A program made the translations under genes and the position numbers. A stretch of 64,000 nt of DNA from an uncultured Gemmatimonadales bacterium (GTDB lineage: Bacteria > Gemmatimonadota > Gemmatimonadetes > Gemmatimonadales > GWC2-71-9). The notes under the pieces are model-generated. The model saw only the letters and a program-made list of their open reading frames with translations, did not search any database and was not told the DNA's origin. Below, piece after piece: positions 10,457 to 21,107 of this stretch (position 1 is the stretch's first letter; the number at the start of each line of letters is the position of its first letter). The stretch is taken from positions 160,001 to 224,000 of the forward strand of contig CAWHFW010000002.1 in NCBI GenBank assembly GCA_963828735.1, read 5' to 3'.

Positions 10457-12268
10457 TCACGAGAGCGTCTTGCCGGGTGGCAAGGTAGCGACCCGTCCGC
10501 GGCCAGGCAACGCCGAATGCGGGTCGAGCAGCCGCACGTCGATGTACTCACCGACCACGCTGCGGATCGACTCCGAGACATCGTTCGCGCTGGCCGCGGC
10601 CAGCGCCGACTCGGCCGCCCGCGCCGCGGCGGCCTCGGGTACCGTGCGCACCACCCACTTGACCAGCGGAAGCGCCGGCGGCGACACGCTCAGGCGATCG
10701 TAGCCCAGTCCGAGCAGCAGGACGACGCTGAGCGGCTCCGAGGCCATCTCGCCGCAGACGCTCACCGGGATGCCGGCCGCGCGGCCCACCTGCACCACCT
10801 GGTGGAGCTGCCGGATCACCGACGGATGGTGCGGCGTGAACCGGTCGGCAAGACGCGCGTTGCCGCGATCCACGGCCAGCGTGTACTGCGTCAGATCGTT
10901 GGTCCCGATGCTGAAGAACGCGCTGACCTCGGCCAGCCGGTCGGCGATCAGCACGGCGGCCGGGGTCTCGATCATCACTCCGACCGGCACCGACTCCGCC
11001 GCGCGCACGCCCGCTCGCCGGAGCGACTCGGCTTCCTCCAGAACGATGGCGCGCGCCTCCTCCACCTCCTCGACCAGCGTCACCAGCGGCAGCATGAGCT
11101 GGATGTCCCCATCCGCGGCGGCGCGGAGGACCGCGCGGACCTGCGGCCGGAACACGTCGGGCTCGTCGAGGCAGACGCGGATCGACCGCCACCCGAGGAA
11201 GGGATTGGCTTCGGCCGCCGCCTTGAAGGCGACGGGGAACTTGTCGCCGCCGAGATCGTATGACCGGATCACGACCGTGTGGCCGCGGAACGCGGCCGCG
11301 ACCCGCCGGAAGTAGTCGGCCTGCTCGGTCTCGGTCGGGAGCGCGGTACGACCGGTCAGGAGAAACTCGGTGCGGAGCAGGCCGACGCCCTGGGCGCCCA
11401 TCCGCACCGCGGTCTCGATCTCCTCCGGCAGGTCCACGTTGCCCATGAGCATGATCGGCCGGCCGCCGGGCGTGATGGCCGGCGCTTCCACGACGGCCTC
11501 GAGCTGGAGCTCGAGCCGATGCCGTCGGCTCACCTGCGTCTTCGCCTCCTCGAGCTCGTCGCGGGTCGGATCGAGCACGATCGTGCCGGCCTGGCCGTCG
11601 AGGAGGACCATCATGCCGGGCGGGATCGACGCCAGGGCGCCGGCCGCGCCCATCACCGCGGGAATCCCGAGCGAGTGTGCCAGGATGGCCGCGTGCGCGG
11701 TGCGCGTGCCCTCCTCGCTGATCAGGCCCACCACGTGCTCGCGGTCGAGCTGCACCGTCAGGCCGGGCGAAAGCTCGTGCGCGACGACGATGACGTGCTC
11801 GTCGGCGGGGATGGACCAGAGCTCATGGCCCTTGCCGCCCAGCAGGCGGTTGAGCATCCGGAGCTGGATCGCGTTGAGGTCGGCCAGGCGCTCGCGCAGC
11901 ATCGCCGCGCCGGAGAAGGCGTTCCGGTACTCCAGCGCCTTGAACTCGTACGCCGTCTCGGCGCTGAGATAGTTGTTGCGGATCAGCGTCTCGACCAGCG
12001 TGAGGAACTCCTGGTCCTGCGCCATCAGGATCTGGGCATCGAAGATGCGAGACTCCTCTGGCCCGGCGCGCTGCAGCACCCGCTGGCCCAGGTCGCGCAG
12101 GTGGCCCACCACGTACTCGACGGCCTCGTACAGGCGGCGCACCTCCGCCTCGACCTGCTCGGGCCGCACCGTGCGGTCGGGCACCTCCGGAAAGTCCACG
12201 CGCACGATGAAGGCGGGCGCGCACTGCACGCCCGGCGAGACGCCGATGCCGCGCAGGGCCCGGCTCAT
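10457..12268 (-). CDS. ptsI: PEP-protein phosphotransferase (PTS enzyme I)
   Basis: [11 protein letters not shown] (phospho-His), [36 protein letters not shown]. Confidence 0.95.
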   Translation of the reverse strand: MSRALRGIGVSPGVQCAPAFIVRVDFPEVPDRTVRPEQVEAEVRRLYEAVEYVVGHLRDLGQRVLQRAGPEESRIFDAQILMAQDQEFLTLVETLIRNNYLSAETAYEFKALEYRNAFSGAAMLRERLADLNAIQLRMLNRLLGGKGHELWSIPADEHVIVVAHELSPGLTVQLDREHVVGLISEEGTRTAHAAILAHSLGIPAVMGAAGALASIPPGMMVLLDGQAGTIVLDPTRDELEEAKTQVSRRHRLELQLEAVVEAPAITPGGRPIMLMGNVDLPEEIETAVRMGAQGVGLLRTEFLLTGRTALPTETEQADYFRRVAAAFRGHTVVIRSYDLGGDKFPVAFKAAAEANPFLGWRSIRVCLDEPDVFRPQVRAVLRAAADGDIQLMLPLVTLVEEVEEARAIVLEEAESLRRAGVRAAESVPVGVMIETPAAVLIADRLAEVSAFFSIGTNDLTQYTLAVDRGNARLADRFTPHHPSVIRQLHQVVQVGRAAGIPVSVCGEMASEPLSVVLLLGLGYDRLSVSPPALPLVKWVVRTVPEAAAARAAESALAAASANDVSESIRSVVGEYIDVRLLDPHSALPGRGRVATLPPGKTLS

Positions 12269-12537
12269 GCGATGGTCTCCCCGAACCCGCTCTCCACCAG
12301 CTCGGCCAGTGCCTGCACCGCCTCCTCCGCGTCGGGCCCCTTCGCCCGGATCGTGATCGAGCTGCCGCATTCGGCCGCCAGCATCATCACGCCCATGATA
12401 CTCTTGCCGTTCACGTCGAACCCGTCCTTCACGAGCTCGATCTCGGACGCGAACGTGCTCGCGAGCCGCACGATGCGCGCGGCGGGCCGGGCATGCAGCC
12501 CTTCCTGGTTCACGATGGTCGCCTCGCGCTCGATCAC
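12265..12537 (-). CDS. ptsH: HPr phosphocarrier protein
   Basis: GLHARPAA (His15) and NGKSIMGVM (Ser46). GTG start overlaps the IID stop. Confidence 0.93.
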   Translation of the reverse strand: MIEREATIVNQEGLHARPAARIVRLASTFASEIELVKDGFDVNGKSIMGVMMLAAECGSSITIRAKGPDAEEAVQALAELVESGFGETIA

Positions 12538-13268
12538 AGGCCCATCCACCGGAAGAAGAGCAGAAGCCCCATCGCAAGCAAGGCGAAGCGCACGCTCGTG
12601 AGCGACGGTCCGAACCACCGCGACATGGCCGCGCCGGTGCCCGCGATGGCGAGCGCTCCCGCCGCTCCACCCCACCCGAAGCCGCGCAGGTACCACGCGG
12701 CCGCGAGCGGAATCGCGAATCCGACGCACGCGCCCGCGACGGGCCCGATCCTCGCCACGGCTCGCGGCACCCAGGAGGCGCCGATGGCGCTCCCCACGCG
12801 CATGCCGGCATCGAGTCCGGTGCGGAGGGCCCACACCCCGGTGGCGAGCCGCGCCAGGTTGTAGAGCACCAGGAACCCGGGGATCGCCCACCACCCGGCG
12901 CCCAGCACCACGGCGGCCACCGCCGCACCGACGAGCGCGGGCACCAGGCCAGCCCAGAAGAGCTCGTCCCCCAGCGCGCCGAGCGGGCTGCAGAGCGCCG
13001 TCCGCAACCGCGCGATCTGCACGCCGGGAACGTCCTCGTACTCGGCACGCGCCGTGGCGCCGAGGGCGAGCCCCGCGAGATTCGGATTGCAATTGAAGAA
13101 CTCGGCCGATCGCACGACCGCCTCGCCGTGCCGGACCGGGTCCACCGTCTTCAAGTCCTCGAGCAGCGGCTCGGCCGCGTAGCCCATGCCGACGCCGAGC
13201 ATCCGCTCGTAGTTCCAGGTGCCCTGCACCGCGAGGAGCCGCGCCAACGCGCGCCATCGCCCGGTCAC
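12534..13268 (-). CDS. PTS mannose/fructose/sorbose family IID
   Basis: QGTWNYERMLGVG, FFNCNP, PLGALGDELFW. Confidence 0.88.
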   Translation of the reverse strand: MTGRWRALARLLAVQGTWNYERMLGVGMGYAAEPLLEDLKTVDPVRHGEAVVRSAEFFNCNPNLAGLALGATARAEYEDVPGVQIARLRTALCSPLGALGDELFWAGLVPALVGAAVAAVVLGAGWWAIPGFLVLYNLARLATGVWALRTGLDAGMRVGSAIGASWVPRAVARIGPVAGACVGFAIPLAAAWYLRGFGWGGAAGALAIAGTGAAMSRWFGPSLTSVRFALLAMGLLLFFRWMGL

Positions 13269-13954
13269 CGGAGCACCATCAGCAGCGCGAGCACCGCGCC
13301 CGCCGCGGCCCCCACGGTGAGCCACTTGAGCCGGGGGCCTCGGCCCGCGCTGCGCACCGCGCCGTTGGCGGCCGCGGCAAGCCCGGTGCCGATCGCCACC
13401 AGCGTGAGCCCGACCGCCGTCCCGCGGTCGAGCGTGAGCGAGCGGCCCAGGCCCCACGCGGCGAGGAGTCCCAGCGCGGTGAGCACGGCCCCGCGCGCGC
13501 CGTCCCGAGCGAGCCCGGCGTACTGCAGCCGGCGGATCGCACCGCTCTCGCCGGCCGCGAGCGCGGCGGCCTGCCGCTGGATGGCCCGCGCATTCCATCG
13601 CCGCACGAGCTGCAGGCTCCAGCCACCCACCGACGCCACGATGAGCGCCACGCCGACGCTCAGGCCCAGGCCGAACTCCCACGGCGCGCCGGCCGCGAGG
13701 GCGACCCCGACCACGGTGGCGGGTCCGTAATCCGGGTAGCGCACGGCGCCGATGGGGAGTACGTCGAGGGCGAACAGCTCCAGCACCACCCCGACCCGGA
13801 GGCCCGCCTCCACGTCGCCCGCGAGCCATCCGGCCACCAGGCCCGCCACCAGGGGTCGCGACAGCATCGCCTGGGGCACGCTCACGAGATCGAGGGCCAC
13901 GAGCGTGCCCCAAGCCACGAGCAGCAGGATCGAGACGGGGGCGAGATCCATCAT
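13265..13954 (-). CDS. PTS mannose/fructose/sorbose family IIC
   Basis: SRPLVAGLVAGWLAGD, LELFALDVLPIGA; hydrophobic; coupled to IIB and IID. Confidence 0.85.
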   Translation of the reverse strand: MMDLAPVSILLLVAWGTLVALDLVSVPQAMLSRPLVAGLVAGWLAGDVEAGLRVGVVLELFALDVLPIGAVRYPDYGPATVVGVALAAGAPWEFGLGLSVGVALIVASVGGWSLQLVRRWNARAIQRQAAALAAGESGAIRRLQYAGLARDGARGAVLTALGLLAAWGLGRSLTLDRGTAVGLTLVAIGTGLAAAANGAVRSAGRGPRLKWLTVGAAAGAVLALLMVLR

Positions 13955-14427
13955 GCGATTGCCCGGAGGGCCACGGGCGAGGTCGTGGGAAGGTCCTGCG
14001 CGGTGATCTCCGCGCCCTCGGCCTCGAGGGCGACGAGGCAGCGCAGCTCCTCGTCGCTGAGATAGACGTACGGCAGCCGCTCGCGCCGGCCGGGCCGATG
14101 GTGAACGCCACCGAGATTGATCTGCCGCACGACCTTCGGATTCGCGCGGTAGAGGGCGGCCATGGTCTCCACGTCGCCGGTGAGGAGCAGGCCGCGGCTC
14201 GGGCTCGCCTGCCAGGCCGCGAGCTGGCTCGACGCCTCCGCCATCGTCGCGAAGCGCAGGTCGACCTCGGGGGGAACCGCCATCCGGTAGAGGTCCTGCT
14301 CCCAGGCGCTGCCGGCGACGCCCTCGTCCACGAGCGCGATGAACTCCACGCCGAGCGGGCGTCCCCATCCGATGACCACCTGGCCGTGCACCAGCCGATC
14401 GTCCACGCGACAGAGCACGATCGCCAT
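13951..14427 (-). CDS. PTS mannose/sorbose family IIB
   Basis: RVDDRLVHGQV motif, INLGG. Confidence 0.92.
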   Translation of the reverse strand: MAIVLCRVDDRLVHGQVVIGWGRPLGVEFIALVDEGVAGSAWEQDLYRMAVPPEVDLRFATMAEASSQLAAWQASPSRGLLLTGDVETMAALYRANPKVVRQINLGGVHHRPGRRERLPYVYLSDEELRCLVALEAEGAEITAQDLPTTSPVALRAIA

Positions 14428-14801
14428 CAGGGCACCCGGATCGCCTTGCCGCCGGCGATCGCCGCGCGCGCCGCCGCCTCGTCCAGTGGGAGCGTCCGGT
14501 GGAATACGAAGTCCACCAGCATCGCCAGGTTCACGCCGGTGACGACCTTGGCGCGCGCGTTGGCGCGCAGCCGGTTGAGCACCGCGAACAGGCAGGAGCC
14601 GCTCGCCAGATCTACGAAGACCAGCGCGGGCCCGTCGCCCACGGCGGCCTCGACTCGCTCCTCGAGCGTGCCCCGGTCGCAGCCGGTGTTGCTCACGGCC
14701 AGGAGCGCGCCCGTCACCCCGCTGATCTGCTCGGCCGCGTCCACCAGCGCCCCTGCGAGGCGCCCGTGGCACACCACCACCGCGCGCAACTCCTCACTCA
14801 T
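14427..14801 (-). CDS. PTS mannose/fructose family IIA
   Basis: VVVCHGRLA, FVDLASGS, VTGVNLAML. Confidence 0.88.
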   Translation of the reverse strand: MSEELRAVVVCHGRLAGALVDAAEQISGVTGALLAVSNTGCDRGTLEERVEAAVGDGPALVFVDLASGSCLFAVLNRLRANARAKVVTGVNLAMLVDFVFHRTLPLDEAAARAAIAGGKAIRVP

Positions 14802-15756
14802 AGTCTTCCTGGAGATACTCCCTCACTCCCCGCTGCTCCTTCATTTTCTTGATGAGCCGGGCGTTGAATGCGGCCGCCACGTCCACACCCGAGTAGCGCA
14901 GCAGGTGCATCATCGCGACGACCTCGGAGATCACGGTGATGTTCTTGCCGGGGTTGAGCGGCACTACCACGCGGGGAACCGGCACGTCCAGGATCATCGT
15001 TTCCTCGCGGGCGAGGCCGGTCCGGTCGGTGTCCTTGGCCGTCTCCCAGTCCTCGAGCTGCACCACCACCTCGATCCGCTTCTGCTGCCGCACGGCGCGC
15101 ACCCCGAACAGCGCGGGAATGTCGATCAGCCCGATGCCGCGGATCTCCATGTGGTGGGCCGCCAGCTCGTGCCCGCGGCCGATGAGCACGTCGTTCCCTC
15201 GCCGGGTCACCTGGACCACGTCGTCCGCCACCAGACGATGGCCGCGCTCGACCAGGTCGAGCACGCACTCGCTCTTGCCGATGCCCGACCGTCCGATGAA
15301 CAGCAGGCCGACGCCATAGACGTCGGCCAGCGATCCGTGGAGCGTGGTGCGGGGCGCGAACGCCTCCTCGACGATCGGCTTGATCCGGCGATAGAACTCG
15401 GCGGTCTTGAGCTTGGACCGGAAGACCGGCACGCTCCGCGCGCGGGCGAGCTCGAGCATCTCGGGAGGCACTTCCTGCCCCTTGGTGACGAAGATGCACG
15501 GCAGATCGAACCCGAAGAACTTGAGCAGGGTTCCGTGCCGCTCTTCCTGCGATAGCGAGTTGAGATAGGTGATCTCGGTCTCGCCGAACACGTGGATCCG
15601 GTTGGGCGCGAACCGGCCGGTGTAGCCGGCCAGCGCGAGTCCGGGGCTCGCGACCTCGGCTTCGGGCATCTGACGGTCCAGCCCGAGGTCGCCCGTGAGC
15701 GCCTCGAGCTGGAGGGATTCGCCGCGGCGGGAGACGAAGTCGCGGAGGCGGAGCAT
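14794..15756 (-). CDS. hprK: HPr(Ser) kinase/phosphorylase
   Basis: GRSGIGKSE, GHRLVADD, HMEIRGIGLID. Confidence 0.95.
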   Translation of the reverse strand: MLRLRDFVSRRGESLQLEALTGDLGLDRQMPEAEVASPGLALAGYTGRFAPNRIHVFGETEITYLNSLSQEERHGTLLKFFGFDLPCIFVTKGQEVPPEMLELARARSVPVFRSKLKTAEFYRRIKPIVEEAFAPRTTLHGSLADVYGVGLLFIGRSGIGKSECVLDLVERGHRLVADDVVQVTRRGNDVLIGRGHELAAHHMEIRGIGLIDIPALFGVRAVRQQKRIEVVVQLEDWETAKDTDRTGLAREETMILDVPVPRVVVPLNPGKNITVISEVVAMMHLLRYSGVDVAAAFNARLIKKMKEQRGVREYLQEDYE

Positions 15757-16076
15757 CAGCCGATCTTGGGCAGCGAGTCGCGCGAGCGCCGGGCCTTCGG
15801 GTGCGCGGGGTCCTTGTCGAGCTGCCGCCGGAGCTTCTCCTCGGCGCGGTCGAGCGCCGTCCGATGATCGTCCGCTTCGCCGTGCGCCACCAGCAGCTCG
15901 CCCCGGGCGGTGTGGAGGCGCAGCTCCGCCGTCGGGGTGCCGCCGTCGGTGTCGAACACGACGGCGGACTCGATGGGGCGATGCGCGAGCGCCCCGAGAC
16001 GCTCGGCCACGGTGCGGGCGCGGTCGCGGAGCGCGTCGTTGATCTCGCAGTGGCGGGCGGTGATCGTCGTCTGCAT
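15756..16076 (-). CDS. hpf: Ribosome hibernation factor (HPF/RaiA, short form)
   Basis: MQTTITARHCEINDALR...ALDRAEEKLRRQL; purine-rich RBS AGAGGGGG. Confidence 0.85.
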   Translation of the reverse strand: MQTTITARHCEINDALRDRARTVAERLGALAHRPIESAVVFDTDGGTPTAELRLHTARGELLVAHGEADDHRTALDRAEEKLRRQLDKDPAHPKARRSRDSLPKIG

Positions 16077-16093
16077 GGCAAACCCCCTCTGGC

Positions 16094-17215
16094 TCAGGCG
16101 GCGCCCGAGCCGGCGATGATGTCGCGGAGATGCTGCTCCGTCGTGCTCGCGGTTCGCTCCCAGGTGAGACCTTCGGCGAACCGGCGCGCCGCCGTGCCCA
16201 ATGCGGCCACGAGCGCCGGCTGGCCGGCGAGCTCGAGCATTCGTTGCGCCAGCCCCTCGACGTCGCCGTGGCGGACGAGGAAGCCCGTCTCGCCGTGGCG
16301 CACCGAGTCGCGAAGTCCGGGACTGTTCGAGGCGATCGAAGGCGTCCCACAGGCGGCCGCCTCGATCACCGTGATTCCCCAACCTTCCTTGGGCGAGGGA
16401 AACAGGTTCCCCCATGCGCGCTGAAACAGCGCGATCTTCTCGGGCTCGCTGACGAAGCCGCGAAACCGGACCGCACCGTCGAGCCCGAGCTCCGCGCTCA
16501 GGCGCTCGAGGTCCGATCGATGGTCGCCGCTGCCGGCGATGTCGAGCGTCAGGTCCGCCCGACGGCCGCGGGCGAGGGCCAGCGCCCGAATCGCGAGCGC
16601 TATTCCTTTATAACGCTTCAGCCGTCCAACGTACAAGAAGGCGGGACTCGGTGCGCGTCGTCCATCCCTCGCCGGCACGAAGCGCATCGGGTCCACCCCC
16701 GGGTGGATGACCCGAACCCGCGACGCGGCGACGCCGCGCGCCACGAGATCGTCCCGGGTGCTCTCGCTGATCGCATGGAACCACGCGCGACGGTACGCGC
16801 GCGCCAGCGGACGCTCCGACGCCCACACGATCGCGGCCGAGGGCCACGGCGCCTCCTCGAACGCGGTCGCGCCGAAGAGATGCGGGACGATGGCGCACAA
16901 GGGTCGATCGGTCATCCCCGCGAGGAACAGCGGGAGCTTGTTGATATCCTCGACGACCACGTCCGGCCGTTCCGCCGCGAGCGCCCGCCGCACCGCGCCA
17001 CGGCCGAGCAGCGCGAAGCTCGACCGACCGCCGGTCCGCTCCACCTCGATGCCGTCGAGCGTGGTCCGCGGAGGGGCGCCCGGCCAGCCCGAACACACCA
17101 GCCGCACGCGATGGCCACCGGCCGCGAGCCGCCGGAAGATCTCGAACAAGTGGATCTCCGCCCCGCCCGCATGCGGGTTCTCGCGGTCCTGCCAATTGAC
17201 CACGAGGATGTTCAC
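16094..17215 (-). CDS. Glycosyltransferase family 4
   Basis: AGGAE, YVGRLKRYKG, EGWGITVIEAAACG. Confidence 0.9.
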   Translation of the reverse strand: MNILVVNWQDRENPHAGGAEIHLFEIFRRLAAGGHRVRLVCSGWPGAPPRTTLDGIEVERTGGRSSFALLGRGAVRRALAAERPDVVVEDINKLPLFLAGMTDRPLCAIVPHLFGATAFEEAPWPSAAIVWASERPLARAYRRAWFHAISESTRDDLVARGVAASRVRVIHPGVDPMRFVPARDGRRAPSPAFLYVGRLKRYKGIALAIRALALARGRRADLTLDIAGSGDHRSDLERLSAELGLDGAVRFRGFVSEPEKIALFQRAWGNLFPSPKEGWGITVIEAAACGTPSIASNSPGLRDSVRHGETGFLVRHGDVEGLAQRMLELAGQPALVAALGTAARRFAEGLTWERTASTTEQHLRDIIAGSGAA

Positions 17216-17625
17216 AGCCGCCCGAGGGCGCGTGCGATGCTGTCGAGCACTCCGTTGACGAACGCCGGTGCGCGTGCGCCGCCGAACCAATGCGCCAGGC
17301 GGACGGCCTCGTCGATCGCCACCTTCGGCGGCACGTCGCCCCGCCGAAGCTCGAGGATCCCCAGCCGGAGAATGTTCCGCTCGATCACCGCCATCCGGTT
17401 GAGCCGCCAGTTGTCGCTCGCCCGCTCGGCCTCGGCGTCGAGCTGCCCGACCTCGCTGATCACGTCGTGTGCCAGCGCCTCCGCGCGATCCAGGATTCGC
17501 GGCTCGGGGCCGGTGAGGCGCGAGAGGCCCGACGCCACCGTCGGCATCGGCGGCGCACCCTGGATCTCCCAGGCGTACAGCAGCTGCAGCGCGCGCGCGC
17601 GGCTCTTGGTCTCGGGTCTAAGCAT
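17212..17625 (-). CDS. nusB: Transcription antitermination factor NusB
   Basis: RARALQLLY, IERNILR, VAIDEAV, FVNGVLD; follows ribH. Confidence 0.93.
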   Translation of the reverse strand: MLRPETKSRARALQLLYAWEIQGAPPMPTVASGLSRLTGPEPRILDRAEALAHDVISEVGQLDAEAERASDNWRLNRMAVIERNILRLGILELRRGDVPPKVAIDEAVRLAHWFGGARAPAFVNGVLDSIARALGRL

Positions 17626-18091
17626 CGAGCGCTCGGAGCTGGGCGATGACATCGGCCGCCTCGAGCGCGGCGGCGGCGGCCTCGTGTCCCTTGTTCCCCG
17701 CGTCCCCGCCCGCTCGCTCGACGGCCTGCTGCATCGTGTCGACCGTGAGCACGCCGAAGCCGACCGGCAGGGCATGGGTCACGGCCACCGTATTCAGGCC
17801 CCGCGCCGATTCGGCCGCCACGTACTCGAAGTGTGGGGTGTCTCCCCGGATCACGGCGCCGAGCGCGACGAGACAGGCGTAGCGCTTGGTGCCGGCCGCG
17901 GCGGCCGCGGCGGCCGGCAGCTCGAAGGCCCCCGGCACCCACACGACGTCCACGTCCTCGCGCCGGATGCCGGCCTGCTCGCAGCAGGCGAGGGCGCCCT
18001 CGAGGAGCCGGGTGGTGATGAGCTCGTTGTAACGGCTGACGAGGATCGCCACGCGGCCCACGGCGCGAAGGCGAAAGGCGAGATCAGGCAC
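17618..18091 (-). CDS. ribH: 6,7-dimethyl-8-ribityllumazine synthase
   Basis: VPGAFELP, GAVIRGDTPHFEYV, GNKGHEAA. Confidence 0.95.
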   Translation of the reverse strand: MPDLAFRLRAVGRVAILVSRYNELITTRLLEGALACCEQAGIRREDVDVVWVPGAFELPAAAAAAAGTKRYACLVALGAVIRGDTPHFEYVAAESARGLNTVAVTHALPVGFGVLTVDTMQQAVERAGGDAGNKGHEAAAAALEAADVIAQLRALDA

Positions 18092-18093
18092 GG

Positions 18094-19302
18094 TCAGTGG
18101 GCGAGGAGGTGGCCGAGCTTGTCGCGCTTGACCTGCAGGTAGCCGCGGTTTTCGCGGTTGGGGTCGGTGACGAGGGGGACGCGCTCGACGATCTGGAGTC
18201 CGTAGCCCTCGAGTCCGACGAGCTTGCGCGGATTGTTGGTCATCACGCGGATGGTGGACAGGCCCAGGTCACGCAGGATCTGCGCGCCGATGCCGTAGTT
18301 GCGAAGATCGGGCGCGAAGCCGAGGCGCTCGTTGGCCTGCACCGTGTCGGCTCCGGCGTCCTGGAGCGCGTAGGCCCGGAGCTTGTTGAGCAGGCCGATC
18401 CCGCGGCCTTCCTGATCGAGATAGACGATCACGCCGCGACCCGCGTCCGCCACCATCTCCATGGCGCGGTGGAGCTGCGGACCGCAGTCGCACCGCTGGG
18501 AGCCGAACACATCGCCCGTCAGGCACTTCGAGTGCATGCGCACGAGAACGTCACGCTGGCCCGCGACATCGCCGTACACGAGGGCCACGTGCTCGGCGCG
18601 ATCGACATCGTTCTGGTAGCCGATGATCCGGAACTCGCCGAAGTCCGTCGGGATTCGCGCCTCGGCGACCCGGTGGACGAGCTGCTCGGTCTGGAGACGG
18701 TACGCCACGAGCTGTGCGACGGTGACGAAGGTCAGCCGGTGCTCGCGCGCGAACAGCTCGAGCTCGTGCCGCCGCGCCATCGACCCGTCGGCATTGAGGA
18801 TCTCGCAGATCACGCCGGCCGGCACCAGTCCCGCCAGCCGGGCCAGGTCCACGCTCGCCTCCGTCTGGCCCACGCGCTGGAGCACGCCCCCGGGCCGGGA
18901 GCGAAGCGGGAACACGTGCCCGGGCCGCCGCAGGTCCGAGGGCACGGTCGCGGGATTGATGGCGACGTGGATCGTCGTGGTGCGGTCGCTCGCCGAGATG
19001 CCGGTGGTGACCCCGAAGCGCCGCTCTGCGTCGATGCTCACCGTGAAGGCGGTGGACAGCTCCTCGGTGTTGCGCTCGGTCATCTGCGGAAGGCCCAGCT
19101 CATCGCACCGCTCGCCGGTGAGCGCGAGGCAGATGAGCCCGCGCCCGTGGAGGGTCATGAAGTTGATCATCTCCGGCGTGGCGAGCTCGGCCGCACACAC
19201 GAGATCGCCCTCGTTCTCGCGGTCCTCGTCGTCGGCCACGATGACGATCTTGCCGTTCCGCAGGTCGTCGATCGCCTGCTCGATGGTGCCGAAGGTGGTC
19301 AT
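18094..19302 (-). CDS. ribBA: Bifunctional DHBP synthase / GTP cyclohydrolase II
   Basis: [38 protein letters not shown]. Confidence 0.95.
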   Translation of the reverse strand: MTTFGTIEQAIDDLRNGKIVIVADDEDRENEGDLVCAAELATPEMINFMTLHGRGLICLALTGERCDELGLPQMTERNTEELSTAFTVSIDAERRFGVTTGISASDRTTTIHVAINPATVPSDLRRPGHVFPLRSRPGGVLQRVGQTEASVDLARLAGLVPAGVICEILNADGSMARRHELELFAREHRLTFVTVAQLVAYRLQTEQLVHRVAEARIPTDFGEFRIIGYQNDVDRAEHVALVYGDVAGQRDVLVRMHSKCLTGDVFGSQRCDCGPQLHRAMEMVADAGRGVIVYLDQEGRGIGLLNKLRAYALQDAGADTVQANERLGFAPDLRNYGIGAQILRDLGLSTIRVMTNNPRKLVGLEGYGLQIVERVPLVTDPNRENRGYLQVKRDKLGHLLAH

Positions 19303-19904
19303 GATGCTCCCAGATCCCCACGGGCGCGCAGCAGTTCGGCCACGTACTTGCCGATCGTGTCCGCCTCGAGATGCACCCGGTCCCCTGCCCGGCGCTCGCC
19401 CAATGTGGTGTGCTGTAAAGTAAACGGGATGAGAGAGATCTGGATCACGCACGGGCTCGGTATCGCGTTGACCGTGAGGCTCACGCCATCCACCGTGACG
19501 GACCCGAGCGGCACGGAGACACGCGCCACCTCGGGCGGCACACGAACGTCCAGTAGTCGGGCATCGGCGTGATCCGCCACGCGCTCGACCGTGCCCAGGC
19601 CGTCGACGTGCCCCTGAACCAGGTGTCCGCCGAGCCGGTCGCCAACCTGGAGCGCGCGCTCGAGATTCACCTTCCTGCCAACCTCGTAAGTATCGAAGGC
19701 GGTGCGTTCTAGCGATGTTCGTATAATGTGGGCTGTGAAGTCATCATGACCCAGCCCCTGCACCGTGAGGCAGGCGCCGTCCACCGCGATGCTCTCGCCC
19801 AGCGCGAGCTCGCGATACGGAGCGGCGATGGTGAGCTCGAGCCCGCCGTCGCGGTGCGCTCGCGAGGACACCTGCCCGACCGCGGTGATGATGCCGGTGA
19901 ACAT
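19299..19904 (-). CDS. ribE: Riboflavin synthase (alpha chain)
   Basis: MFTGII N-terminus, [23 protein letters not shown]. Confidence 0.95.
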   Translation of the reverse strand: MFTGIITAVGQVSSRAHRDGGLELTIAAPYRELALGESIAVDGACLTVQGLGHDDFTAHIIRTSLERTAFDTYEVGRKVNLERALQVGDRLGGHLVQGHVDGLGTVERVADHADARLLDVRVPPEVARVSVPLGSVTVDGVSLTVNAIPSPCVIQISLIPFTLQHTTLGERRAGDRVHLEADTIGKYVAELLRARGDLGAS

Positions 19905-20977
19905 CAGGGCCGGTCCAGCACGAGGAGCGTGTCGTCGTCCAACGTGCGCCGCTCCGTGACCCGCCAGCGGCGGGCATCCTCGAGCGGCGTGGTCGGAACC
20001 CCCGCGACCGCGGGCACCGCGCCGACGCCGAGCCAAAGGGGCGACTGTACCCAGTAGTAGCGGTCCACCAGATCCTCCGCGAGGAACACGCCGGCGAGCC
20101 GCCCTCCCCCTTCGACCAGAAGCGACCCGACGCCCCGTTCCCGCAGCTGGTGCAAGGCGTCGGGAAGCCGCTGCGCACGCACGACGGTGACGCCCGCCGC
20201 CTCGAGCGGGGCGAGCCTCGCGGCAGGCGCCGAGGGGGACGCCACGACGGTGGTGGGGGTCTTCCCCGCCGTCCGAACCAGCTTGAGCGAGACCGGGACG
20301 TCGCCATCGGCGGCGAAGACGATCCGTGTCGGCGGCACCCGCGGCTGCAGCGGGCCCCGGACGGTCAGCGACGGATCGTCGGCTCGTGCCGTCACGCCAC
20401 CCACCGCGACCGCGTCGAACCCCGCGCGGAGCCACTGGACGAAGTCGCGCGCGGGTTGACCGGACAGCCACCGGGAGTGTCCGTTGGCATCGGCGATCCT
20501 GCCGTCGATCGTGGTGGCGAGCTTGATCGCGACGAACGGGCGCGACGCATCCCGCACCTGATGCAGGAAGCTCGCGTTCTGGGCCCCCGCCTCGTCGGCC
20601 ATCAGGCCGAGCTCGACCTCGACACCGCGCGCGCGGAGCCAGTTCGCTCCGCCGGCCGCGACCTCGTGCGGGTCGGCGACGGCGGCCACGACGCGACGGA
20701 TGCCTGCCGCGAGGATGGCCTCGGTGCACGGGGGCTGTTTGCCCTGGTGAGCGCATGGCTCGAGTGTGGAGACGATCGTCGCACCGCGGGCGCGGGCCCC
20801 GGCCGCCGCGATGGCGGTGGGCTCGGCGTGGCGCTGCCCGTACTCGGCATGCCAGCCCTCGCCCACGATCTCCCCGTCGGCGAGCACGACGGCGCCGACC
20901 AGCGGATTCGGCTGCACCCGGCCCCACCCGCGCCGGGCCAGCTCGATCGCGCGGGCCATCGCGTCACGTTCCGTCAT
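19904..20977 (-). CDS. ribD: Riboflavin biosynthesis deaminase/reductase
   Basis: PNPLVG, HAE, TLEPC...PPC, LVEGG. Confidence 0.93.
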   Translation of the reverse strand: MTERDAMARAIELARRGWGRVQPNPLVGAVVLADGEIVGEGWHAEYGQRHAEPTAIAAAGARARGATIVSTLEPCAHQGKQPPCTEAILAAGIRRVVAAVADPHEVAAGGANWLRARGVEVELGLMADEAGAQNASFLHQVRDASRPFVAIKLATTIDGRIADANGHSRWLSGQPARDFVQWLRAGFDAVAVGGVTARADDPSLTVRGPLQPRVPPTRIVFAADGDVPVSLKLVRTAGKTPTTVVASPSAPAARLAPLEAAGVTVVRAQRLPDALHQLRERGVGSLLVEGGGRLAGVFLAEDLVDRYYWVQSPLWLGVGAVPAVAGVPTTPLEDARRWRVTERRTLDDDTLLVLDRP

Positions 20978-21093
20978 GCGGTCCGCATGCGCGCGGCCTG
21001 CCACGGGCAGCCGCGGTGCGGCCGGTCGAGGGGAGTAACGGGTATCGTCGGAGCGTGCACGGCGACGGCGGGAGCGGTGGGGCGAACCGGCAT
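20974..21093 (-). CDS. Candidate 39-aa small ORF between purM and ribD
   Basis: GGAGG 8 nt upstream of ATG 21093; MPVRPTAPAVAVHAPTIPVTPLDRPHRGCPWQAARMRTA; TGA overlaps the ribD ATG. Confidence 0.45.
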   Translation of the reverse strand: MPVRPTAPAVAVHAPTIPVTPLDRPHRGCPWQAARMRTA

Positions 21094-21107
21094 GGCGAGT
21101 GCCTCCG

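Noticed and set aside
19700..19745. Perfect TATAAT on the antisense strand inside ribE, within a patch of rare codons
   Set aside because: No -35 or extended -10 at the proper spacing; cannot be supported as a promoter.
20978..21107. FMN riboswitch upstream of ribD
   Set aside because: None of the RFN-element signatures (GGGCAGGGTGAAATTCCC, CCGACGGT, AGTCCGGATG) is present.
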